A DNA stretch of 63,930 bases, filler included, from Collodictyon triciliatum (GCA_043381765.1; 5 parts of 5 records of this genome joined end to end with filler, not necessarily neighbours in it); one strand, 5' to 3'. Counted from the whole stretch's first letter, positions 14,101 through 26,628 are shown. Notes: generated by a model from the letters alone, not told the origin. Numbers and translations: made by a program.

Positions 14101-14783
14101 TGAAAGCAAACTTGTTGATATCGTGCGATGATGATAACTACATTTATTGGAGGAATGTTAGCATCGTTTTTTTAATTATCTATTGTTTGGGTCTCCCATT
14201 TTATTACTCCTAAGGATTATCCAGAAAAGAAAAGCACTAATGAATCCTACATCGAGAACATATGCTCTGATGAGATTTCTTGTTAATGGTTACAATGACC
14301 AGTATCCTTTCTGGGAAGTCGTCACCATGATACAAAAGTTGGTGATTGTTCTTATCAGCACCTTCTTCTCTGCATCCATGCAAATTTACTTTGGTTCTTT
14401 ATTGCTATTCATTGTGATAGGTTCAACAATTTACCTCAATCCCTTTATGTCTAATGTGCTGAAAATGTCACAATTGCAGTCTCTCATAGTACTATACTTT
14501 ACAATAATGGTCAGCCTATTGTTCCGTTATAGTAACTTGAGTGAAGTGAGTAAAACAGTATTGATTTTTTTGATTTTTTTTGGCCAACGGTGCAATTGGA
14601 GCTAGCTTTCTTTCAAGAGCAGGTCCATACTTGGTTAGGATTGCATTAAAAAGAATTGTTGGCATGGCTGAGTTTTTATTCGAACTTCTCTCTGCTATCT
14701 GCTTTGTTCCTCTCTTATCGAGGAAAGAGTCCTGGAAAAAAGGGACAGACAAGGAGATGGACGATTTTTCAACTTCTAAATAA
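11150..14783 (+). CDS. Signal peptide + 14 WD40 repeats + Cys-rich (ephrin-receptor/TNFR-like) stalk + multi-pass membrane domain; two single-base frameshifts in the 3' part (error or pseudogene)
   Basis: ATG 11150, exon 1 11150-11195, main exon from 11308 (MPIDSKPAVVLLFLC-GLTILNSISLA). Fourteen WD40 units at about 11380-13106; CTPCPKGTYS..CTLCPSGTYNPASGQSSCLECGSG; CGSGYTGPLCGACEEGFG; several hydrophobic helices. The ORF continues after frameshifts near 14197 and 14578 (FLVNGYNDQYPFWEVVTMIQKL). Confidence 0.8.
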
Positions 14784-15533
14784 CAGGAATGTTGATTTAA
14801 AAATAACAAGAAATCTCTTGTTTTTTGAGCCATCGGCATTAAGTTTGATAATCGCCAAACTTGATGCGTCATTTACAGAATTGAAATAAAAATAAAAATT
14901 GAATGAATTAAAGAAAATGGGGAGCCTATATATTATAAATTCAATATATATGTATTAAGGCAAACTGCTGAATTCGATTGCTGAAATGTAATTTAACACA
15001 GATAAATCCACGCACATGAAATATTTTCTTCTTCCATTGGGAGAGTGAAGAAAGAACTATGAATGGGTTTAATTGATTTTAAAGCTTTTTTTTTTAGAAA
15101 AAAAAATCTGCCCATCTTTACATTTACTTGAAGTTTGTTCCACTCCTCTTTCAGAAGAAAATAAAGTCTCATTATCTGTTTCATAATTTCAATCACTTGA
15201 CTTTCATAGGTAAGGGCACATATTTATAGTGCCTCAGTTTTTCTTGTTGGTTTGCAAAGTTCGATGTTGCTGCTTCAAAAGTTGTTTAAACCGATCAAGT
15301 AGCTAACACTACCTAATCAAAGAGAGAGAGGCCACTGGCTTTCGATCTGCGACCCTGACCGCTCCTGAAGAAAAACCCTCCCAAGAGCTCGACTACCAGG
15401 TTTTCAACCAAGAACAAAATATCGGAAAGTATCNNNNNNNNNNNNNNNNNNNNNNNNNNNNNNNNNNNNNNNNNNNNNNNNNNNNNNNNNNNNNNNNNNN
15501 NNNNNNNNNNNNNNNNNNNNNNNNNNNNNNNNN

Positions 15534-15641
15534 CCATAAAATACCATAAAATACCATAAAATACCATAAAATACCATAAAATACCATAAAATACCATAAA
15601 ATACCATAAAATACCATAAAATACCATAAAATACCATAAAA
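15534..15641. repeat. 10-bp tandem repeat (ATACCATAAA)n
   Basis: About 11 perfect copies next to an N gap. Confidence 0.95.
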
Positions 15642-15673
15642 TATGATGAATAAATCAGGAATCCGATTTACAG

Positions 15674-18600
15674 GACTTCCATTCGACTCGAAGAAATATC
15701 GCTTTTTACGGATATTTTCCTGCGAAGGAGGCGATTACTGTATTTCTACTAATTGCCTCGCTTTTTACAATAGTGGGAACTGTGAAAAGGTGCGCATTTC
15801 TATATCAAAGATGAAAATATAGTACTAACACATTCAAAAAAGAGTTAGTATGAAGGATGCCTGCTCCTATTCTCAAGAAGACCTCCTTTCCATGGAGAGA
15901 GACCATGCCTTTCGCATTCTACTTGATTATCACGAAGAAATATGTATGCTGAACGACTATGACCCTCCAATCTACAAATGGCGTGATGAAAAGAATACGC
16001 ATGATGGTATTTCTAGGAATACAAATGAGAATTTGGGTGAGCGATGATTTTTGTAAGAATATGAAGAAATTCAAGGATATGCACCAAAAATTTTATAATA
16101 TTTTGAAATATATAAATCAAATACCCAAATAGCTGAAAATCAGTATAATCTATTGGTCCAACTATATACTGACTTCAACGGAGATAACTGGAAGAATAAT
16201 AGTAACTGGAAAAATAATAATATTCCAACATGTTCCTGGTTTGGAGTGAAATGTGATTATTCATGCTCAAATGCTCAAGCGCAGGTTGTTTAATAGTCTT
16301 ATAGGAAAAATTATTGGATTTATTACTCACCACCCGTATCAATCAGAATCAAAGCTGTCCTGTTGTCGAATTGAACTTGACCAGCAACAACCTTTTTGGA
16401 GATTTTTCAGATTCATACAGAATTCTCGAGCGTCTTCCTCTTGACATTCTAAATTTTCAGGACAATACCATATTTGGTACTCTCCCTGACTTAAAGATGT
16501 CAAATTTAATGACACTCAATCTTGGCAACAACTTATTAACGGGTAATGCTTAAATTCCATTATATTCTGTTTTCAATTTTATTACAAAACATAAAAAATG
16601 CTATCAGAGCCAGCAGGCTAAGAAATCACATGTTGCTTCGTTGAGGACCAACTTTCAGTTTTTTGAAAATAGGGACAATCCCAAATTTCTCTCATATGGA
16701 ACGGCTGTCAGAGTTATTGCTTTCTGAGAACCAACTGCGCGGTACCAATATATTTGCTTTTTAATTAATATCCTATCAGAGACAAATTTTTACAAACAAA
16801 GACGAAGGGCTACACATTGTAATGATTTATTTTAGGCACCATTCCAAATTTCAATAACATGCCACTCCTGAAAAAGATTTCCCTGTCAAAAAATCGAATA
16901 TCAGGTAAAAAAAAAACCAAAGCGACTATTATTTAATATGCTGGCTAATATATCAGTGTGAGTATATTTCTTAAAATCGCACAGGAACTTTGCCTGATTT
17001 CGACTTCATTCCGGATTTGACTGATTTCGAATGCACTGAAAACCAATTGAATGGTGAGTAGATTCCTTATCCTTCAAATTTTCGTGTATTTGAGCTTATA
17101 TTCTTGACTTTTTTTTTTTTAACATTTTCACCTCATCTAGGTACGATACCGAATTTTCGAAGCATTCCATCGGTCACTAAAATACTCTTATCTTACAATA
17201 GATTGACAGGTTAATCAATATTTGTTAATGATAACTTTTTTTTATTGAGAAGAGAGGAGAAACAAGGACTGGAACTATCATATCCAACTTATTGAAGCAA
17301 GAATGATATTATCGTCACCGTTGTTAAAAATTCATCATATTGCTCGTCTCATAAATTGCTCTCTGACTTTTGAATATTGATGATATTTGAATTTCCTAGG
17401 AAGCATCCCAGACTTTTCGAAGATTCCGATATTGAATATACTAACATTAGATGTAAATCAATTAACAGGTGACACAAATGCATATCAGTAAATTAATTTT
17501 CCTTTTTTTTTTTTAAAAAAAAAAAGTGCTCATCAATTAATCATTGATTTGAATATCTCTTTGTAATTTTTGCTGATAAATATTTTAATTTCAACCTAAG
17601 TGAAATTTACGTAAATATTCTAGGGAAAATACCTAATTTTAAAAATGTAAAAAATCTATGGGAGTTGAATTTGAACAGCAACATATTTAACGGTCAGTTG
17701 TAATGCCAGTATCTAATCAGTTGCGAGCCACTTTTCCTCTTTTTTTTTCTGGAATTTTTCATTTAGCGGCATGATTGATGAAGTTTTAAGATCTATCAAA
17801 ATTTGTCTAGGTGGTGTTCCTAACTTTTCAAACATAAACGGTATGAAGTATCTATATCTTTACGGAAATGAGCTAACAGGTTTGGTGCCATCTTACTCCA
17901 GAAACAAAGACAGATTTATGCCGTTATCGTTAATTCTAGTTTTTATATCATTCGGACTGGGTAAGTTATCTCTCTCTTTTTTTCCATTTATTCGTCTCTT
18001 GTTTTTCCGAAAAAGGTACCATTCCGTGTTGGGACAAAATGCCGTGGTCGATTTATATATCACTTTCCAGTAACCTGTTGAATGGTACTTTTCCTCACAC
18101 TTTTATGGCCTCAATTTTTCTATTATTTCTTTTAGTACTTAATTGATTATTTGTGCTCATTAATAAGGGACAATACCAAATTTTGACTGCAATCCATTGA
18201 TCGGATACATTTTTTTGTATGACAATAGGCTGGAGGGTAATGATTGGGAATGTTATTCTAGAACAAATCATCGTTGGAATTAAAAAGTGCATTCAGTCAA
18301 TATTTTCACTTCCCTATATATTTCGGCTGAATTTAGGAACAATTCCGGACTTTGGAAATATTCCAAAGCTTATACTTTTTTCTGCACATAGCAATATGCT
18401 GAGTGGTAAGATTTCGAAATAAGTACCTCAAGTAATTCACCAGCTTCTGAAAATATTGGAATATTATTCCGAGAGTTTTGATAATAATTAATAGTATTAA
18501 ATCAGGGTCACTTCCCGATTTTAAGGATGTTAGCATGTCTTCTATAATTCTCCTTCATTCAAATGAGATTAATGGTGCAGTTTTTTAAAATATTATTCAG

Positions 18601-21582
18601 ACAACAAGACTCATTAACCATCCTTTGTAATTTTTTTTCGAAAAAATATCAGTCCTGTAAATAAATACTTTCTTTAACCACAGGAACAATACCAAATTTC
18701 AAAAATACACCGATACTGAAAATTCTGAATTTATCAAACAACAATATTTCAGGTATTTTATTCATTTGAAATAGTTGATTTGTCACACATTCACAGAAGA
18801 ATGATTCTAAAAAATAACTCTGTGACAGGAGAAATCATCGATTTTAGTAATTTAGGGTATCTCGAAATACTCGATATATCTGGAAACAACATCACTGGTT
18901 TGGTTTTATTTTTTCAATTTGTAGTTTTGAGTTGGAACGTATGACCTTCTGTTGCCACTTGCTCACCCGTCTTCTTTATTTTAATTGGAGCAATACATAT
19001 GCACTCGCTCTGTAGGAACGATACCGCTTTTTAAAAACCTCACAAGGGTGAAATCTCTTTCCTCGTATGACAACAAACTCTCTGGAAGCCTTCCTAGTTT
19101 TTCAAGTTGTCCCATCATTGAAGAAATAATTGTATTCCAAAACAAACTCAACGGAACTTTACCTTCATTCGATTTATTAAAACTTAAAAGAATCGATTTG
19201 AGCCAAAATAAGATAGCAGGATTTATACCACCCTCCTGGAAGCTAGGTTCAATCCAAAAGATAGATTTATCGATGAACTACCTGTCCGGCTCTATTCCCA
19301 AATATTTTGAACAATTATATCAGTTGAAATCACTTGTCTTGTCACACAACCAGTTTGAAGGAAGCATGCCAGCCAAGTTTTGGGGTCTTCAGTACCTTGT
19401 ATCCGTTGACCTTCGCAATAATTCCTTTTTTGGAGATATTGGAGTATTTCTTACTCCAACTTTCTCCAATAGTGGTGTAAACTACGCCTATGATACTTTA
19501 TTACTTGATGATAATGAATTATATGGAGAGTTAAACTGGAGGATATTTGATTATATCAATAATGTGAAAATTTTGAGTTTAAGGAACAACAAAATCGACA
19601 GTTTAGGAGAAGTGACAAGTCTGATGAAATGGATTCGATTTGATGTCTCTGGAAATCCGATAGTGGGAAGCATACCTGATTCCTATCAAAGATTTATAAA
19701 GCTGGACTATTTTGGACTGAAGGATACTCTTATGAATCATTACTCATCAAACTTTATTCCTAGTTACATGAGATATAAAGAGCCATTCAATTTAGAGGAC
19801 AATTTTGATTCATACATTTGCCCTTCAATAATCTCAGTCACAGACTTGGTTGAAACCGAAGTCAGTATAAATCCTGGGTACTATGATTATGTGTTTTGCC
19901 AATGTCTTCCTACTTACTTTGGTTTCGGCAACAATTGTATTCGATGTCCACGAGGATGTGAGTGTACAGATGGGCTATCCCTTGTAGGATGTCACGTATC
20001 TCCCAGCGTGATTGAGCCTAATGACATTACACCCTGCCCTTTTGCACCTGCTTGCGAGACAATCATTGAAGACAAAACATCTTATACTAATCACACGCCG
20101 AGAATAAGCACACAATGTGCTCAAGGTTACGAACAGCGTGCTTGCTCCAAATGCAAGAATGGATACGGAAGGAGAGGGAGAGCATGCTTTGAATGTCATG
20201 AATCCACGATTCATGTGACTCTTACTCTGAGTTTAATTTGCATCATACTATTCATTTCATTCTTATATTTCAAGGAGGTATCACAATCAGGTATACTTTT
20301 TTACATATATTTGCAGGTTTTTTTTTATTTTTAGAATTCTACAAGATAAGATTATTCGCTTACAACTACATCTTGAAAAAGGAAAGCTGCGCATCGTAAT
20401 GTTTCATGTTCAAACACTCTCTGTTATTTCATCTGGGATATTCGAGTCTGATGCATCAAACAATTTCTTTGGATTTTTGTCTTCTTTAAGTTCCATACAG
20501 TTTCCCAATCTGTCATGTGTCTTAGGGCAGTACAATATGCTATACATATTGCTTTTTAGTTATTCCAGAATTCCCATCATATCGTTCGTGGGATATGTTG
20601 TGTATAAATATAGTCGAGGACATATGCATAACAAGGTAGGCAGTTTGATTTTTTTATTCAATTCCTTTGACTTTTGAATTAATGATGCATTGGTAATCAC
20701 AGGCTGTTTTTATCACCATAAGTCTGCTTCTCTATATTTATTATTCGGTTGCAACTGATGTTTTCGGAGTTTTCGGATGCACATTATATGATGGCGGGGA
20801 TGAATCCTGGTATCTTAATTATGCACCTTGGGTAAAATGTAGCCCCGCGTCCTCTGAATACAGAGCATTACTTGGAATTACGCTTCCCGTTTTCTTTTTA
20901 TTTTTGATAGGATTCCCTGTCTTTGTTTGGCGCAAGGTGAAAATTATGGTTAAAAAACATGGATATGAGCCAGAGGCACGCTACGGATTCATGTATCTAC
21001 CATATAAAGAGGTACCCTTGGTTATCCAGATTGTGTATTTTACTGTAAGAATTTGCATAAAATTTTTAGATGTTTAGTTTATGTTGTAATCTTAGAGCTA
21101 TCGGTACTGGGACTTTGTGATTGTTTGTCGAAGAATTGCATTTTCGTTCATCACTAGTGTCATTCCCTACACGCATCCATCGGCATATTTTGTCTTGTTG
21201 GTGATTGTTATACAAGTAAGAATAATATCATCGTATGTAAAGCACAGTTTGCGTCTGCTTACATTTGTTCTAATTGAAAACTTGATAGACATCCATATGG
21301 ATTCACATGAAAGTGCAGCCTTATAAAACAAGGCTGGAAAACCAAATGGAACTCTCCAGCCTTTATCTTATTTTCATCTCTTTCTTTCTTCTTCTTTTAT
21401 CAACACTCTTTGGCTCAGAAACATGGATTACCGTTCTTTTAATACTTTTGAACACCTTTTGGCTTATCTGTGTAACCACTGTGGCTTTTCTTATTCCATT
21501 TTGGACTGGGTTTTCATTCAAGCGATACCTGTTTGAAATGGCAGTCTTAAAGCGAGGAAATCGAGACCATTTCTTGTCGTGA
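15674..21582 (+). CDS. LRR receptor-like protein: hydrophobic leader, LRR N-cap, plant-type LRRs, Cys-rich stalk, multi-pass membrane domain; start codon not resolved
   Basis: N-cap LVQLYTDFNGDNWKNNSNW..TCSWFGVKC; 13 exons of 69 nt between 16673 and 18897; large exon 19016-20290 with more LRRs and CQCLPTYFGFGNNCIRCPRGCEC..CAQGYEQRACSKCKNGYG; TM exons 20382-20635, 20703-21011, 21096-21215 and 21289-21582 (ARYGFMYLPYKE-SYRYWDFVIVCRR). All joins are in frame with GT-AG. Confidence 0.88.
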
Positions 21583-22349
21583 ACCAAATAAATAAATTTC
21601 TTACTATGATTGGTTTATTTCAACAGTTTATTGAGAGAAAACAAAGCCGAGGAAACCGCCTTCGCCTCTAGGACAAGAACGAGCTGTGGACAAGACAGTG
21701 GAAAACCCCAGATTGTGTGGTTGGAGGTTTTGTGTTTTGGGTGGAAAGAAAGAAAAGGAAAGAGAGAGAGAGAGAAAATAGAAAGAAAAAGAAAGTCTTC
21801 TCACACGCAGACTATTCTACCCGAGGTGAATCAGCTCCAGCGCGATTTCTGGTTGTATTCGAGAGTGACAGAACATCAGATAAAGTTATCGGGTCGATTA
21901 AAGTACGCACATGGCAGTTACTTCTCAAATCGATTCCGACGAGTCCTTTCATCCATCTATCTCAGACAAGGTTTACATCCTATTTCATTCCACAGGATGA
22001 ATCTTTTGAGGGGACAACGGGTCACTTTCCTTGCGTGTCTTGCTGGGAGACTCAGAAAAAAAGCGATACATCATTATTTGTCTGGTATTCACGGAAGTGG
22101 CGCTTGACTGTCCCCTGGCATCGGAACCATGCGTAGCCGGCAGCGGACTTTGCTTAACCAGAGTGTGGATACGCATTTGTGGTTTTTAGAAACATACGCT
22201 CCTGCTTGCTCGGATCGTCTCTAGTGTGTAAAATCCCAAGCTTGGATTCGACTTGTGCTGTTTGCTCTTGCTCCTTGGTTCTCGGTGCGACGGACTGGGG
22301 CAGGGTAAACGGACTATCTTTGGTGGGCGCTGGTTCTTGTGTTGCCTTC

Positions 22350-22935
22350 GCTTTGAGTATCCTTTCGGATATGTAACGAAGACTGCCTTGAGGCCTCCTA
22401 TGTTAACCATATTCACGTCAGTCTGAATGGGTAGTTTAAGAAAGGATTTCTTTCAGGGTTTGGAGATGCGCTGCTCTTGGGTCTTGCGATGTGCGGGCTT
22501 GTCCGGTGTTGGCGTTGGATGGCTCGAGTGCGAGGATTCTGAAGAGAACTGAGATTTCCTTCCATATCATCGTCGCTGTCGCTGTATGCGCGTATCTGCT
22601 GTGAGCCTTGCGGACTCTGTTGTTGCCTGGCCTTGGCTTCCTTGACCCCGTCGCTGCTTGTCTGCTTGGCAGGTGTATTCTTTTGTGGAGCTTTTACTTG
22701 TCTTTCGTTATTCGCAGTTGGCGGATGTTCTTTGAGGACGCGCTTTGGATACTTCTTTGCCCATGACTGTAAACTTTGCAGGGAGCTGGTTCTTGTGGCA
22801 AAGAAGCCTCACCACGGCCGTGTCTGTGAAGAAGCCTTTTTCCTTTTTGATGTCCACGTGGGTCGGTCTGAACGGCTTCAGCTCCTCACGAATAAGTTGC
22901 GGTCACACGTCCAGCGGTAGTTGGTAGAGCATCGC
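22350..22935 (-). mobile_element. Possible decayed non-LTR retrotransposon (ORF1-like) fragment
   Basis: Intronless, more GC-rich stretch translating as MLYQLPLDV*PQLIREELKPFRPTHVDIKKEKGFFTDTAVVRLLCHKNQLPAKFTVMGKEV, reminiscent of LINE ORF1 RRM regions. It has an in-frame stop, a low-complexity tail and a downstream VNIGGL resembling the start of an AP endonuclease. Pattern recognition only. Confidence 0.3.
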
Positions 22936-23423
22936 CGAGGTCTCTGTTGGTTTACTTCTTTTTCTATTTTTGACAGAGCGATTGCGGGCTAATAAAAAAA
23001 GACCAATGCTTTTGTTCCTGTAAAATGGCTTGGTTTGCAATCGTTTATGACTTGCCCAAGCCTGCCAATCGAGCGTATGTATGCCGACAGACAAGGATAC
23101 CGAGGAGCCTGCCAACACAGTCTAGAAGCGACAGGAGTGGCATGCGAATATGAAAGTGGAGAAACAGATGCAAGTTCCGAAAAAGAGCCAAAAAAAAGGG
23201 GAAAAAATGAAGAAAAAGAAAAAGAAAAAGAAAAATGAAAAAAAATGAAAGGAAAATGAAAAGAAAAAACTTGTCTGATAAAGGGCCATTTCAGTGCGGG
23301 CCACCCCGCGAATCCCTTTCAATCTAGTGACAGGCTGCAGAGTCGTAGGCCGAGCACGATTCCAGCAGGAGACAGCAGACATACACTCGCCCGCAATAGT
23401 TGAAGCCGTCCAGGCTGCACTTA

Positions 23424-25425
23424 ATGGAGGAAGGAAACATCACTGTTGCGGTTCGTGTGCGGCCACTCGGAACTACGGAACGCATTCGCGGTGATCGCAT
23501 TTGTACAATCGCAGGAAAGTCAAGAAACAGCGTTGTCCTGCAGGGAGTCGAGTCCAAGGACGATCAGGTTTGTTCATTTGTATATGCATTTATATCTTTT
23601 TTATATGCATATTTACCGATTATTTGATGATTTTTGTTATTTTTTAAATTATTTGTTGGATTAATTGTATTAATTGATATTTTGGTTCATTTAGATAATT
23701 TGTTAATTGATTTTTTGGTTATATACTTCTTTGTGTATATTTGTTTATTTCGCAATGTTGACTTATCCATGCTGACGTTCGTGCTGTCTAGGAGTCTGAG
23801 TTCCCTGTCGATTTTACTTTTTGGCCTGATGATGGCAACGAGCTTTTCTTTGAAAAAATAGGTCGTGAGATCTTGAAGAATGCATGGTCTGGTTATAACA
23901 GCACAGTGTTTGCATGTGAGTCATATTCCTACAAACGATCTCTTTTGATATCACAGATCGATTCAGCGTTTCTTTTTTTTTTATTTTATTTGTTTATTTC
24001 TTTTGTCCGCGCTTTATCAGATGGACAGACTGGAAGTGGAAAGACACACACGATGATGGGCTCGTATCATGATGCAGTTAATTTCACCTCATTTACTGGG
24101 GAACGAAGAAATTATTTATTTTGTTACATATTCCGATTCTAGACCATTATTTATGTGTCAAAACAATTAGCAGACCATTCGCTCACTTCGAATTGTTTCG
24201 GGCTTCGTAGGGATTGATTCCCAGATTGTCAGAGGCTCTTTTTGCGGAGGTAGAGACAAAAGGAAAACGCGTCGATATTCTTGTAAATTATGTTGAAATC
24301 TATGGGACACAGGAAAAATTGTCCGATTTGCTCTCTGAAAAGGAAGCGCCTCTTCGTGTCAAACAAAACAAAGATGGAGGGTTTGGATATCACACCCATC
24401 TCACAGTCCCTTTTATCAAGTTATAATGCATCGGAACCAAAACAGCGCTTCATTTTTCTTTGAACACAACACAATACCTCTGGTTATCGGGGCAGTAGGA
24501 TGAAAAAAAAAACAATCACATAAAATGCTATTGACGTACAGATTCTATGTCGACGGATTGACGAGTTACAAAATCACGTGCCCACAAGATATGGAGCTAT
24601 TTATTCGTGCCGGAAACCAACGGAGAGCCACCGCCGGGACCGAGATGAATCAACAAAGTTCACGCTCTCATGCGATTTTCTCTGTCATATTTTCACAAGT
24701 GATGGGTGATGAGGCACGATAACTATCTTTCTTTTCATCTATTTAATTTTTTTTTAAAGGCCTGTTGCCGATTGAAATTCAGAAAATGAACACAATTTTA
24801 TTGCAAAATACTTTTGTGTTTCGATAAATTCATGTTTTTTTTTTTTTTTACATACACCTGGAATGATGCAGATGATAATTTGACTGATTCTTAAGAATAA
24901 CAGTCACTAATATTCAGCCACAATAATGCCATCACTTTTCTAACAATCAGCATCATTCGACTGTAGGAAAACGGAGAACATAAACTCGTGCTCAATTCTG
25001 GAAGAAACAAGTATGGGTCAGCCCGAAGAACGAGTCAAATCAAGTTGGTTGATTTGGCTGGAAGTGAAAAACTCGATAAAAGCAAAGCAACTGGACAAAG
25101 GTCAGCGGGAAGACGAAAGTCATACATTTTTTTCGTTTCTTTCTGAACCAATAAAAGCAACGTCTCGGATTGCTTTCTTACTGTTCTTTTTTAAGGGACC
25201 CATAAGTTTTTTTTCTTTATTCGATTCAAAGGAGCTAGAAATAAAAATCTTCAATGAATTGTAGTTGATGAAGATACTTAAAAATTCACTAAGTGACATA
25301 ATCAAACTAAATGAACACACAAAGACAAGTCGAGGCCTCTGCAATTAATTCGGCGCTAACGACCCTTCGACGAGTTTTGAATGCTCTGATTGAAAAAACG
25401 GCACACATTCCATTTCGAGATTCGG
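23424..25425 (+). CDS. Kinesin motor domain protein, kinesin-3-like; 3' truncated at the contig end
   Basis: Seven exons give [36 protein letters not shown] (P-loop), GLIPRLSEALF, YVEIY, MNQQSSRSHAIF (switch I), IKLVDLAGSE (switch II) and HIPFRDS. Confidence 0.9.
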
Positions 25426-25496
25426 GTAAAATCAGACTCTCTATCTTTTATGTCTTTAGAATCTCCATCTTTCGGTTATCATGGAACTCAGTTTGC

Positions 25497-25594
25497 AAAC
25501 AAAACAAACAAAACAAACAAAACAAACAAAACAAACAAAACAAACAAAACAAACAAAACAAACAAAACAAACAAAACAAACAAAACAAACAAAA
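25497..25594. repeat. 9-bp tandem repeat (AAACAAAAC)n
   Basis: Directly visible; intronic, ends at the spacer. Confidence 0.95.
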
Positions 25595-25694
25595 NNNNNN
25601 NNNNNNNNNNNNNNNNNNNNNNNNNNNNNNNNNNNNNNTTAATTAATTAANNNNNNNNNNNNNNNNNNNNNNNNNNNNNNNNNNNNNNNNNNNN
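25595..25694. other. Artificial contig spacer
   Basis: TTAATTAATTAA at 25639-25650 between 44-N runs. Confidence 0.95.
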
Positions 25695-26628
25695 AAGAGT
25701 TTGAAGAAGACTGCAGATATGTACCCAACCACTGATGGCTCTTTGCTGGACAAGTACTCCTCCTTCAAGCTTACAAAACCACCACACCAACTTAAGATAT
25801 TGAATTACACATAAAGATTTTTTATTCATGATATTGCATCTAAAATCAGCCACCAATTATGCCCATATACTCCGTAAATATGTAGTGAGCTGAAAATGGA
25901 GGTTGTCTCTGCAGATTGGAGAATCCGAAGAAAATTTTATTTGAGAGAAATGGCCCAGTATATATTAATGGCCAATGCTTTCAAAAAATGTCGGGTGCGT
26001 CAGTTGGTTATTTGTCTTTGTAAATTTTTTTTTCTGAAAAAGCATACTTCGATTCCGCAACTTTTTTTTTTTCTGGACTCTTAATTTTCAAATTGAATGA
26101 TTTGTGCTCCAAAGATGAACCCTTTTCGTTCATCTACAGGCGAACTGCGAAATCTACGACTTCTCAACTAATCCCGCTTCCCGTAAACAAGTCGAAATCC
26201 TTGAGGAACCCACAAAGCCGACATTTAGTGTTGTATTATCCCCCAAGGAAATGCACGACCTGACAACTCTCGCTTTCTATCGATTAAAGTAAGCGTCCCT
26301 CTAATAATTGCTTCATTTGGTAAAGTAAAATTCACTTACTTACGTTCTCGAAACAATACTTTTGCTCTGTGATGTTCTTTTCTCCTATGCTCAGGTCTGG
26401 AATACCCTTGACAAGTGTCGATGACTATTATGACCAGTGGCTGTGGAACAGTGAACTTATCCCTGAACTGCATTCGCAGGATGGAGATGAAGAGCGAGTG
26501 CGAAAGGTCACAAAAAAACCTCCGTCTAATTTATTCTTTAAATGTTAAGTAGATGTTTATTCGCAGCAAAATACTCAATGCTTGAACATTTGCAGCGCCG
26601 CTCGAAGAATGCCAAGAAGGTGGCCTGA
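25695..26628 (+). CDS. 3' portion of a spliced gene of unknown function
   Basis: Exons 26140-26288, 26395-26506 and 26596-26628 splice in frame (ANCEIYDFSTNPASRKQVEILEEP..LAFYRLKSGIPLTSVDDYYDQWLWNSELIPELHSQDGDEERVRKRRSKNAKKVA*). Upstream exons near 25695-25720 and 25915 have ambiguous frame. Confidence 0.55.
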
